A stretch of 64,000 nt of DNA from an uncultured Candidatus Peribacteria bacterium. GTDB taxonomy: Bacteria; Patescibacteriota; Gracilibacteria; Peribacterales; Peribacteraceae. The position numbers and the translations under genes are program-made. Below, one piece after another: positions 54,142 to 62,114 of the stretch. The notes beneath the pieces are model-generated. The model was not told the DNA's origin. It was given only the letters and a program-made list of their open reading frames with translations, and did not search any database. The DNA is taken from contig CAZYNU010000001.1 of NCBI GenBank assembly GCA_964648045.1, positions 17,208-81,207 of the forward strand, written 5' to 3'. Positions within the stretch are counted from its first letter, which is position 1, and every line of letters begins with the position of its first letter.

Positions 54142-55415
54142 TCTCCCTCTCTATCGACGGCATCCTCGGCAAGACCATCACGCCCGCCATGGGCATCGCC
54201 GAGAGCGAACTCACCGCCATGCGCACACCCGTGCGCCGTGCTGTGGAACAATTTTTAGAGGAGCGGAAAGATGGCGAGCATGCCTGGGGGCTCGATCCCT
54301 ACGCCAAGAAAGTAATTGCCCAGGTAAAGGAAACAGCGGCAGCCGTGAAGCGTTCTCGCATCGAAACGGTGCTGTGGCTTGGCATCGGCGGCTCGGGCCT
54401 GGGCCCCAAAGTGTTACAGGAGGCATTTGAACTGCCTGCCTCGGTAGAATTTGTGGTGGTAGACACCATCGATCCCGCCGCACTAAAGGTAATTACCGAC
54501 GTAGTGGACTGGAATAAGACGCTCGTAGTAGTGGTGAGTAAGTCGGGCGAAACGCTTGAGACAATGAGCGCGTTCTTTCTCTGTTGGGACCGCCTCAAGA
54601 AGGCCCGCAAGGCCACCGCCAAAGACCGCGTCATCGCCATCACCGATCCCAAGGAAGGCGCCCTCAAGACGTTCTGCTTGGAACAGGGCATTGCAACGCT
54701 GCCCATCCAGCCCGGGGTCGGCGGCCGCTACTGCATCTTCTCGCCGGTGGGACTCCTGCCCATCGCGCTGCTTGGCGGCGACGTGGACGCGTTCGTGCGC
54801 GGCGCCAAGGCGATGGACACGCGCTGCCAGTCGACGGTACTGGAGGAGAACCCGGCCGCGCTGCTGGCCGCCTCGCAGTGGCTGCTCGACACCAAGAAGC
54901 ACTACCCGATCCGCGTGATCATGCCCTACGGCCACCGTCTGCAGTCGCTCGGCCGCTGGAATCAGCAGCTCATCGCCGAAAGTCTGGGGAAAGCGGAAAC
55001 GCAGAACCCCATCCCCATGGCCGCACTGGGCACGCAAGATCAACATTCGCTCTTGCAACAGTGGTTGGCTGGACCGCGCCGCTGCTGGCATCTGATCGTG
55101 CGCGAGAAGGAGCACCCAGAGCTGCGCCTGCCCGAGATCGCCGACCCCGCTTTCCGCTGGCTCTCCAAGCGCTCGTTCGGCGACCTGCTGGACGCCTGCA
55201 CCGAGGGCACGGCCGGCGCCCTCACCGCCCAGAAGCGCCCGCACGCCATGCTCACACTGGAGAAGCTGGACGAGGAAAATCTCGGCGCGCTCTTCTTCCT
55301 GCTGCTCACCGAGGTCGTGTTGCTCGGCAAGCTCTACCGCCTGAACCCCTACGGCCAGCCGGCCGTGGAGCTAGGCAAGAAGCGCACGCGTCAGATTCTT
55401 GGCGTCGACCACTGA
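54138..55415 (+). CDS. pgi: Glucose-6-phosphate isomerase (short type)
   Basis: 425 aa. LGIGGSGLGP and VVSKSGETLET SIS motifs. ATGA overlap with ruvA. Confidence 0.85.
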   Translation: MISLSIDGILGKTITPAMGIAESELTAMRTPVRRAVEQFLEERKDGEHAWGLDPYAKKVIAQVKETAAAVKRSRIETVLWLGIGGSGLGPKVLQEAFELPASVEFVVVDTIDPAALKVITDVVDWNKTLVVVVSKSGETLETMSAFFLCWDRLKKARKATAKDRVIAITDPKEGALKTFCLEQGIATLPIQPGVGGRYCIFSPVGLLPIALLGGDVDAFVRGAKAMDTRCQSTVLEENPAALLAASQWLLDTKKHYPIRVIMPYGHRLQSLGRWNQQLIAESLGKAETQNPIPMAALGTQDQHSLLQQWLAGPRRCWHLIVREKEHPELRLPEIADPAFRWLSKRSFGDLLDACTEGTAGALTAQKRPHAMLTLEKLDEENLGALFFLLLTEVVLLGKLYRLNPYGQPAVELGKKRTRQILGVDH

Positions 55416-55451
55416 GCCGGCGTACCATTCCTTCCGTTTCCCCTCACTCCC

Positions 55452-55775
55452 ATGGCCGCTGCCGTCACCGACGCCACCTTTAAGTCCGAAGTCCTCGACT
55501 CTCCCGTTCCCGTATTGGTCGATTTTTGGGCACCTTGGTGCGGCCCTTGCCGCGTGATGTCACCGCTCCTCGAAGAGCTAGGCACCGAGTACGCCGGCAA
55601 GATCAAAGTCGTAAAGATGAATGTGGACGAGAACATGGAGGTACCCAGCCAGTACAACGTCATGAGCCTCCCCAGCTTCTTCGTGTTCAAGGGCGGACAA
55701 CCGGCTGGATTTTTTGTGGGCGCGCAGCCAAAAGAAGAACTGAAGCGCCAGGTGGAGAAGGCGCTCGCCGCCTGA
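55452..55775 (+). CDS. trxA: Thioredoxin
   Basis: 107 aa. [12 protein letters not shown] active site. Confidence 0.9.
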   Translation: MAAAVTDATFKSEVLDSPVPVLVDFWAPWCGPCRVMSPLLEELGTEYAGKIKVVKMNVDENMEVPSQYNVMSLPSFFVFKGGQPAGFFVGAQPKEELKRQVEKALAA

Positions 55776-55778
55776 CCC

Positions 55779-56036
55779 ATGGGTGTCTATTTGCTCTATG
55801 CCGCCGGCCTCATCGGCCCCTTCCTGATGATCATGCACCGGGAGGCGATTGGCGACATTATGGGTGAGCCGCCGTGGACCAAAGCAATCGGCGGCATCTA
55901 CGCGGTGGTGGTCTACATCGCGCTGGCGATCTTCTTTTGGACAATCGCGGAAATCACGCAATCCACCGATGTTCTCTTCCATTTTCTGACATATTTTGTA
56001 GGTGGAGCACCGAAGCCAAACGACTTCGGCGTCTAA
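55779..56036 (+). CDS. Small membrane protein
   Basis: 85 aa with two hydrophobic helices. Starts 3 nt after the trxA stop. Confidence 0.5.
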   Translation: MGVYLLYAAGLIGPFLMIMHREAIGDIMGEPPWTKAIGGIYAVVVYIALAIFFWTIAEITQSTDVLFHFLTYFVGGAPKPNDFGV

Positions 56037-56062
56037 AAAACGCCTGGCCGGTAGGCCAGGCG
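56035..56062 (-). terminator. Intrinsic terminator
   Basis: CGCCTGGCC-GGTA-GGCCAGGCG, with TTTTTT following only on the minus strand. Confidence 0.65.
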
Positions 56063-56078
56063 ATAGGAACCACGACGA

Positions 56079-56438
56079 TTACAGCTTAGTGGGAGTCGGA
56101 GCGATGATGACGCCACTCATCTGCTCCAGGTGTACAACCACATGGACCCGCTCGGGCCTGGGCTGTGCCGATTCTGACAACACAGATGCGAGATCGAGCG
56201 CCAGACGATCACGATAGGCGCTATTCAGCCCATCGCCGCAGACGGTACGGATCCCCTCCACGATGATCGTGATCTCGTTACCCAATTGCTCGAGAAGATC
56301 CGATGGGAAGCTCACGTGCACACAGGGGTCCGACTGACCCGGAAGGGTCCGTACCATGTCCATAAACCTGCTCCGCCAAGCGATAAGATCACCTGGGGGC
56401 GTGGTCGGCCTGAGGCCGTAAACGCGGACGAAGGCCAT
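56079..56438 (-). CDS. Hypothetical protein (119 aa)
   Basis: ORF with plausible composition and its own terminator. No recognisable motif. Confidence 0.45.
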   Translation of the reverse strand: MAFVRVYGLRPTTPPGDLIAWRSRFMDMVRTLPGQSDPCVHVSFPSDLLEQLGNEITIIVEGIRTVCGDGLNSAYRDRLALDLASVLSESAQPRPERVHVVVHLEQMSGVIIAPTPTKL

Positions 56439-56524
56439 AACGATTCTCCAATGGGCGAACGAACGAAGGATGGGACGCTAAAAGGATTATAGAGACTATT
56501 CTAAAAATTCGTCAAATAACCCAC

Positions 56525-59500
56525 TTACCGCTCCCCAAAGAGCAAACGAATGCGACGAACGCCCTCCGCGAAGATCACGACGCTCACGGTGCCCACAGTG
56601 ATCCACAGCCAATCGACGAGCGCGAGCGGTTGTACCTGGAAGAGGTCGCCGCCCACGGTGACAATAAGAGCCTGCAACGCCACGATGAGCAGTGCGATGA
56701 GCAAGAGGGGCCGGTTCGAGAGCGGGTCGCGGAAGCCGCTGGCATCGGTGCGAACCGAGCGGGTATTGAACAGGTTCCACACTTGGAAGAGCACGTAGGT
56801 GGTAAAGAAGATCGTCGCCTGGCGGGCAGTGAGGCCCGTGAGCGAGCCGTCCTCACCCATGAGCCACTCGCCGCCGGCAAAGAGGCCGGGCATTTCGGGC
56901 GTGCCGCGCATGAGCCACAACAGACCTAACATAACGACGGCGTAGAACGCGGCGGTGGAGACGAGCGTGCGCAGCATGGACGGCGTGACGATCGACTCGT
57001 CGCGACGCTTGGGGGGCAGCAGCATGAGCGCCTTGCGCGGCGGCTCGGAGCACAGTGCCAGGGCAGCAAACGTGTCCATGATCACGTTAATCCAGAGGAA
57101 TTGCAGCACCGTGAAGGGCGCGCGGAAACCGAGGAACGGGGCAATGAGCGTAATGCCCAATGCACTCAGGTTGATCGTCAGCTGGAACAAGATGAATCGC
57201 TGGATATTCTCGTACAGGGCGCGTCCCCAGAACACGGCCTTCACGATGGTGGCAAAGGAGTCATCGAGGAGTACCAGTTTGCTGGCCTCTTTAGAAACTT
57301 CGGTACCGGCGATGCCCATGGCCAGACCCACGTCGGCCTGCTTGAGCGCAGGGGCGTCGTTGGTGCCGTCGCCCGTCACCGCCACCACCTCGGCGCGCGC
57401 CTGATGCAGCTTCACCATGCGCAGCTTGTCGAGCGGCTGGGCGCGGGCGAGGATGCGCAACTTGGGGAGAATCGCCGTCAGCTCCTCGTCGGACATGGCA
57501 TTAAATTCGGCGCTGGTGAGCACGATGGAATCGGCGTCTTCCAGCAGGCCAATCTCGCGGCCGATGGCACGGGCCGTGTCGATGGTATCGCCCGTGATCA
57601 TCTGCACCTTGATGCCGGCGCGGCGGCACTCAGCGATGGCGTCGTACACCTCCGGACGAAGCGGGTCGCGAATGGCCGCGAAGCCAACGTAGGTCAGGCC
57701 GCTCTCGGCCTCGTCACGGCGACCGCGGAGCCCCTCGGCGGCGGCCTTGTCGGGCAGGAATGCCACCGCAAAAGCGAGCGTGCGCATGGCCTGGCCGGCG
57801 GCCTCGTGGAGCATGGCCTCCGTGGCCTTACGCTGTTCAGCGTCCCACGGCTGCACCGAACCGTCGTCATTCATCACATGCGTGCACGAGGCGATGATGC
57901 GCTCGGGCGCGCCTTTGCAGAGCACGGCCGCGCGGCCACCCCAGTGCACCACGGTCGTCATGCGCTTGCGGTCGGACGAGAACGGAAACACCACCATGGG
58001 CGGGAAGCGCAGGCGCAGATCGCCATAGGCCGTGCCGCGGGCGGCAAGCCAGCGCAGCAGCGCCCCTTCGGTGGAGCTGCCAACCACCATCGTCTTGCCG
58101 TCTTTTTCCTCCAAATAGGCCGTGGAGTTCACGGCGGCAATCAGGCTGACCCACTCGGTGGCCGTGAGCTTTTCGGGGGCTTTGTCGCCTGGGTCCACAG
58201 AAGCGTTCGCATCGGTCAGCCAGTGACCGTCGATCGCCAATTTCTCCACCGTCATGCGGTTTTGCGTGAGCGTGCCGGTTTTGTCGGTGCAGATGATGGT
58301 TGTGGAACCAACCGTCTCGCAGGCGACGAGCTGACGCACAAGACAGTTACTGCGCGTGATCTTGCGCATGGCGAGCGCCAGCGACACCGTCACGCTCATG
58401 GGCAGACCCTCGGGCACGGCCACCACCACGATCACCACCATGTACACGAAGTATTCCAGGAGGAGCGACAGGTTCTGGAACCAGACTGCGCCGGCATCGG
58501 CTCCGGCGGCCGGCAAAGCCAAATCGCCGCGAAGGATGCCGCCAACCACAAGCACCGTAAAGACAACGGCGGCGGCGGTATACCCCACACGACTAATAAG
58601 ACGGGCCAATCCCTCCAGCTTGCGCTGCAGAGGCGTGGGCTCCTTGCTGATGGAGAGCTTGTCGCGCACGCGGCCACCGGCCTCGTCGGTCCCCTCTTCG
58701 CCCGCAAGCTTGCGCGCAATCACGCCGAATTCGGTGGCGTCGCCCACCTCGGTCACGAGCATGCGGCCAATACCCTCTACCACGTAGGTGCCGCGGTAGA
58801 CGCAATCGACCTCACCCGGTCCACCCGCCACCTTCCCAGCTTCGGCAGGGAGCTTGGCGGATGGCTCAGATTCGCCATTCATCAGCGACTGATCCAGGTT
58901 AAGATCGGTTGCCTCCAGCACCCGGCCGTCGGCGGGCACCTCGTCGCCCGTACCGAGCAACACGATGTCGCCCACCACAATCTCGTGCGCGGGGACGGTG
59001 GTCTGCAGGCCGTTACGCACCACCTTCACCGCCGGGGGCTCCTTCCCTTCGTTCAACAATTCAAATTCGCGGTCGCTCTTATACTCACTCAAGAAGGCCA
59101 CGCCCGTGGCCAAGAGCACCGCCACCATCACCGCCACGCCTTCGTAGAGCAGATGACCCAACGCCAAGCCCGCACAGAGCAGCGCCACGGCAAAACCGAG
59201 GAAAGCGAACACCAGCCAGCGACTGCGCTTGAGCAGCACGATGCCGCCGAAGATCACCACCATCGCTGCCACAAAGCCCAGCGGCAGCGTGTAACCGGCG
59301 CCCATCTTGAAGAGATCCACCGTCATGGAGATGAGCGAGGCCGAGAGCAGGATGCGAATGATCGGATCCTCAAACTTGGCAATGAACTTGGACCACGCCG
59401 ACTCCTTGGGCAGCGGCGTCAGCGTGTTCTTGCCGAATTTCTGTTGGCTCTCAGCGGCCTGCTGGGTCGTGAGCCCGCCGCCGTGGGCGTGCGGGAAGAG

Positions 59501-59557
59501 GGCGAGGGTGTCGGAGATGGTGCGCATGGTGGCGGGAGTATAGAGGAATCTCTTCAC
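56525..59557 (-). CDS. P-type cation-transporting ATPase (P2/Ca2+-type)
   Basis: ICTDKTGTLT phosphorylation site, TGDGTNDAPALK hinge and about 10 TM segments. The alternative start is ATG 59527. TATAAT lies at 59595-59600 on the minus strand. Confidence 0.9.
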   Translation of the reverse strand: MKRFLYTPATMRTISDTLALFPHAHGGGLTTQQAAESQQKFGKNTLTPLPKESAWSKFIAKFEDPIIRILLSASLISMTVDLFKMGAGYTLPLGFVAAMVVIFGGIVLLKRSRWLVFAFLGFAVALLCAGLALGHLLYEGVAVMVAVLLATGVAFLSEYKSDREFELLNEGKEPPAVKVVRNGLQTTVPAHEIVVGDIVLLGTGDEVPADGRVLEATDLNLDQSLMNGESEPSAKLPAEAGKVAGGPGEVDCVYRGTYVVEGIGRMLVTEVGDATEFGVIARKLAGEEGTDEAGGRVRDKLSISKEPTPLQRKLEGLARLISRVGYTAAAVVFTVLVVGGILRGDLALPAAGADAGAVWFQNLSLLLEYFVYMVVIVVVAVPEGLPMSVTVSLALAMRKITRSNCLVRQLVACETVGSTTIICTDKTGTLTQNRMTVEKLAIDGHWLTDANASVDPGDKAPEKLTATEWVSLIAAVNSTAYLEEKDGKTMVVGSSTEGALLRWLAARGTAYGDLRLRFPPMVVFPFSSDRKRMTTVVHWGGRAAVLCKGAPERIIASCTHVMNDDGSVQPWDAEQRKATEAMLHEAAGQAMRTLAFAVAFLPDKAAAEGLRGRRDEAESGLTYVGFAAIRDPLRPEVYDAIAECRRAGIKVQMITGDTIDTARAIGREIGLLEDADSIVLTSAEFNAMSDEELTAILPKLRILARAQPLDKLRMVKLHQARAEVVAVTGDGTNDAPALKQADVGLAMGIAGTEVSKEASKLVLLDDSFATIVKAVFWGRALYENIQRFILFQLTINLSALGITLIAPFLGFRAPFTVLQFLWINVIMDTFAALALCSEPPRKALMLLPPKRRDESIVTPSMLRTLVSTAAFYAVVMLGLLWLMRGTPEMPGLFAGGEWLMGEDGSLTGLTARQATIFFTTYVLFQVWNLFNTRSVRTDASGFRDPLSNRPLLLIALLIVALQALIVTVGGDLFQVQPLALVDWLWITVGTVSVVIFAEGVRRIRLLFGER

Positions 59558-59774
59558 GCAAAAGCATCGTAGTTTTTCTAAAAAGTGGCCAAGAATTATA
59601 CGCTATATGTTTTCATAAAAGGTGAACCTACGTACACTTAGTTTTTCCTTTAATTTAAGCCAAAAAATTTGATACGTTAGTACACCTAAGTCCTTTGATT
59701 TTACATCAAAATGGACTTAGACAATCATCGCTCTCGTGAGTGTCATTTGACCTTCATTTTTTCCACCCCATCTC

Positions 59775-60005
59775 ATGCAACCCTATCTCAATCTCAGTGG
59801 CGACTCAGGCGTTGAGGCATATGAAATTGGAGACACTTTCATCATCGTGCGATTTAGGGAGGGGAAGGAGAGAACTTATAAGTACACCTATACATCGGCA
59901 GGTGCAGAGCATGTTGAGACAATGAAAAGATTGGCCAAGGCAGGAAGAGGCCTGAACTCCTACATCGGCCTCTACGTGAAGCAGGGTTACGATTCTAAAT
60001 GGTGA
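59775..60005 (+). CDS. KTSC-domain-like small protein
   Basis: 76 aa in a low-GC segment. VEAYEIGDTFIIVRFREGKERTYKY ... loosely fits the KTSC pattern. Confidence 0.5.
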   Translation: MQPYLNLSGDSGVEAYEIGDTFIIVRFREGKERTYKYTYTSAGAEHVETMKRLAKAGRGLNSYIGLYVKQGYDSKW

Positions 60006-60018
60006 GCCTGACAAGGAT

Positions 60019-60042
60019 GTGAAGCTGAGGGATTCAAACTCC
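60019..60042 (-). repeat. Degenerate copy of the 3-prime end of tRNA-Ala
   Basis: GTGAAGCTGAGGGATTCAAACTCC compared with GTGGAGCTGAGGGGATTCAAACCCC at 60546-60570, same orientation, about 0.5 kb downstream of the tRNA. Confidence 0.5.
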
Positions 60043-60052
60043 AATGTCTCAC

Positions 60053-60526
60053 TCAGATGGAACGCCGCAGATCCTTGAGAGCGATGTTCGCCTGTCTCGG
60101 TTCACGGCGACTAAGGCCTGCACGATAGTCTGCGATGAACCAATCGCGGATCTCTAACGGATAGACCAGGAGCTCGGGTAACCGATTGATCTCGTACCAA
60201 AGCGGCTCATAGAGCTCACTGGGATTCGCGCGCATAGCGTCCATCTCATTGCCCTGGCCGAGCTGTGGGGAGCCAGAAACGTACCGGCAGAGATAGAACC
60301 AGTGCTCCGAACCATCATCGTAGACATGGTGATAGAGCGGCCATTTAATCTCCACCTCCAACGACGCTTCTTCCTGCACCTCCCGCTTCACCGCTTCTAC
60401 CAGTGACTCGCCGGTCTCCACTCCCCCGCCAGGAAACACGTAATATTCCCGGCCTTTGCTCACACGACGCATGAGCAAAATACGACCGTGATCGGCCACC
60501 ATCGCGACGGCTCGAATGTTAGCCAT
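60053..60526 (-). CDS. Nudix hydrolase
   Basis: The start is trimmed to MANIRAVAMV because the longer ORF runs through tRNA-Ala. Nudix box GGGVETGESLVEAVKREVQEEASL. Confidence 0.8.
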   Translation of the reverse strand: MANIRAVAMVADHGRILLMRRVSKGREYYVFPGGGVETGESLVEAVKREVQEEASLEVEIKWPLYHHVYDDGSEHWFYLCRYVSGSPQLGQGNEMDAMRANPSELYEPLWYEINRLPELLVYPLEIRDWFIADYRAGLSRREPRQANIALKDLRRSI

Positions 60527-60542
60527 GGAATTGAGCAAGTAA

Positions 60543-60618
60543 TGGTGGAGCTGAGGGGATTCAAACCCCTGACCCTCTGATTGCAAATCAGATGCTCTAT
60601 CAACTGAGCTACAGCCCC
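60543..60618 (-). tRNA. tRNA-Ala (anticodon UGC), CCA encoded
   Basis: Acceptor GGGGCTG/CAGCTCC with the G3:U70 alanine identity pair, anticodon stem TCTGA/TCAGA with loop TTTGCAA, T-arm AGGGG-TTTGAAT-CCCCT, discriminator A. Confidence 0.9.
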
Positions 60619-60677
60619 ACTGCGACACAGAATAGAGGATTGCGCCCCAGACAAGAAGTCCCAGTTGCACATCACGA

Positions 60678-60925
60678 TTCGCCTCCGGCGCACGGTGGCG
60701 TCTTTGCCTGCGGAGGGGCGTGTGCGCCGTGCCGGGGGTGAAGGGGCACGAAGTCAGACGGCCACCTTCGGGAGGGCGTCACCACCAAGCAGAACCATGG
60801 AGGTGGGCTCGGCGCGCCAGCGTTTTTTGCTCCACTTTTTTGTCGCGCCTGACAAAAAGTGGAAACCAGTGATGAGGCACAAGCCCGAAAGATGGAGCGT
60901 TTGGCGTGCGACAAAAGTGGAAACC
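60678..60925. repeat. Intergenic repeat modules, locus B (between csaA-like gene and tRNA-Ala)
   Basis: Contains 60678-60708 (inverted copy of 24661-24691), a hairpin at 60832-60862 (CCACTTTTTTGTC / GACAAAAAGTGG), and the core GACAAAAAGTGGAAACC at 60851-60867 with a second copy at 60910-60925. Confidence 0.7.
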
Positions 60926-60927
60926 AA

Positions 60928-61257
60928 TCAGTAGAGCCGACCCCCAACAGGAATCTCCCGATCCACCCCCAATAACACCGTATTCCCCTCAGCATCAGGA
61001 AAACCAAGAGTCAAAACCTCTGACTGATGCTTCCCAATCTGACGAGGAGGAAAATTCACCACGCAGCCAACAAGCCGCCCCACAATCTCTACCCCATACA
61101 AAGGAGCCAGCCGCGCCAACGACTTCTTCACTCCTACTTCAGGACCAAGATCCACAGACAAGACGTGCGTCGAATACTTCCCCTCCGGAAACGGCTCCAC
61201 CGAAAGCACCCGACCGATGCGAATGTCGATCTTCTCAAAGTCTTCAATGGTGGCCAT
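60928..61257 (-). CDS. csaA: CsaA/EMAP-type tRNA-binding domain protein
   Basis: 109 aa. FEKIDIRIGRVLSVEPFPEGK ... GRLVGCVVNFPPRQIG is the OB-fold tRNA-binding pattern. Confidence 0.8.
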   Translation of the reverse strand: MATIEDFEKIDIRIGRVLSVEPFPEGKYSTHVLSVDLGPEVGVKKSLARLAPLYGVEIVGRLVGCVVNFPPRQIGKHQSEVLTLGFPDAEGNTVLLGVDREIPVGGRLY

Positions 61258-61268
61258 AGGGAGGAGAA

Positions 61269-61343
61269 TGGAGGTGCCGGCGGGAATCGCACCCGCGAAT
61301 GAGGGTTTTGCAGACCCTTGCCTTACTACTTGGCTACGGCACC
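61269..61343 (-). tRNA. tRNA-Cys (anticodon GCA), CCA encoded
   Basis: Acceptor GGTGCCG/CGGCACC, discriminator U73 (a CysRS identity element), A13:A22 mismatch, anticodon stem AGGGT/ACCCT with loop CTGCAAA, T-arm GCGGG-TGCGATT-CCCGC. Confidence 0.85.
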
Positions 61344-61386
61344 GGAAAGCAGGCGCAGTGTAGCGCCACCGCCGGACCAGACCAAA

Positions 61387-61980
61387 CTACTCCGCGGCGG
61401 CGGCAGGAGCGGCCACCGGCTCGCGGAAGGTGGCATTCTGAAGGATGAGCAAAACCTTCTGCTCTAAAGGTGTCTCCACCGAGAGCGGGAGTGCCCCCGT
61501 GAAGGTGAAGCCGCTGCGACCGCTGACGGTGCTGAGTTGGTAATAGCGTTGCACCGGACGGTCGGGGCGGAGCTGGGCGCTGTAGACATGCACCGCCACT
61601 TCTTGGCCATCCACAGAGACGGCCTTCTGATCAAGACGCTTGTATTCCGGCAGCACCGACACGGCCGTCACGCTCGCTTCCGAGAACTGCGCGGCCGTCA
61701 TGGGTGTGCGCATCACCTGCCGCGTCACGGTCACCGTGGGAAAAATCCCCGACACATCGGTATCGGCCTGGAAGGCGGCGACCACCTCGGGCGGCAGACC
61801 ATTCTCTTGAAGCAACGCCGGGTCCACCGCGTGCCACCCTTGCGGCAAACAGGTGCCCACCACGCCGTTCCAAAAACGGCTCTGGCAAGCCACCGTCACG
61901 GTGGTGGTGCGGGTGGTGGTGCCGCACGCCGACAGAAGTGGAAAGACGAGAGCGGAGAGCAGGAGGAGGCGCCGTCGCAT
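61387..61980 (-). CDS. Lipoprotein, hypothetical (PsbP/DcrB-like impression)
   Basis: The start is trimmed to MRRRLLLLSALVFPLLSAC (lipobox). Confidence 0.5.
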   Translation of the reverse strand: MRRRLLLLSALVFPLLSACGTTTRTTTVTVACQSRFWNGVVGTCLPQGWHAVDPALLQENGLPPEVVAAFQADTDVSGIFPTVTVTRQVMRTPMTAAQFSEASVTAVSVLPEYKRLDQKAVSVDGQEVAVHVYSAQLRPDRPVQRYYQLSTVSGRSGFTFTGALPLSVETPLEQKVLLILQNATFREPVAAPAAAAE

Positions 61981-62114
61981 ATGGGCCAATCGTAGCGTTC
62001 GGCCCGCTGGGCCGCGACCGCCGGGCGCGTCATCGCTGGACACGGCGTAGAAACATTTTCCGTTGGTAGAGGCTGAACGGAGCGCAACTGCTAGAGTGCG
62101 CGCTGAATCGACCG

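Noticed and set aside
60527-60670. The N-terminal extension of the Nudix ORF 60053..60670
   Set aside because: It runs through tRNA-Ala (60543-60618). The Nudix domain begins right after the internal ATG at 60526.
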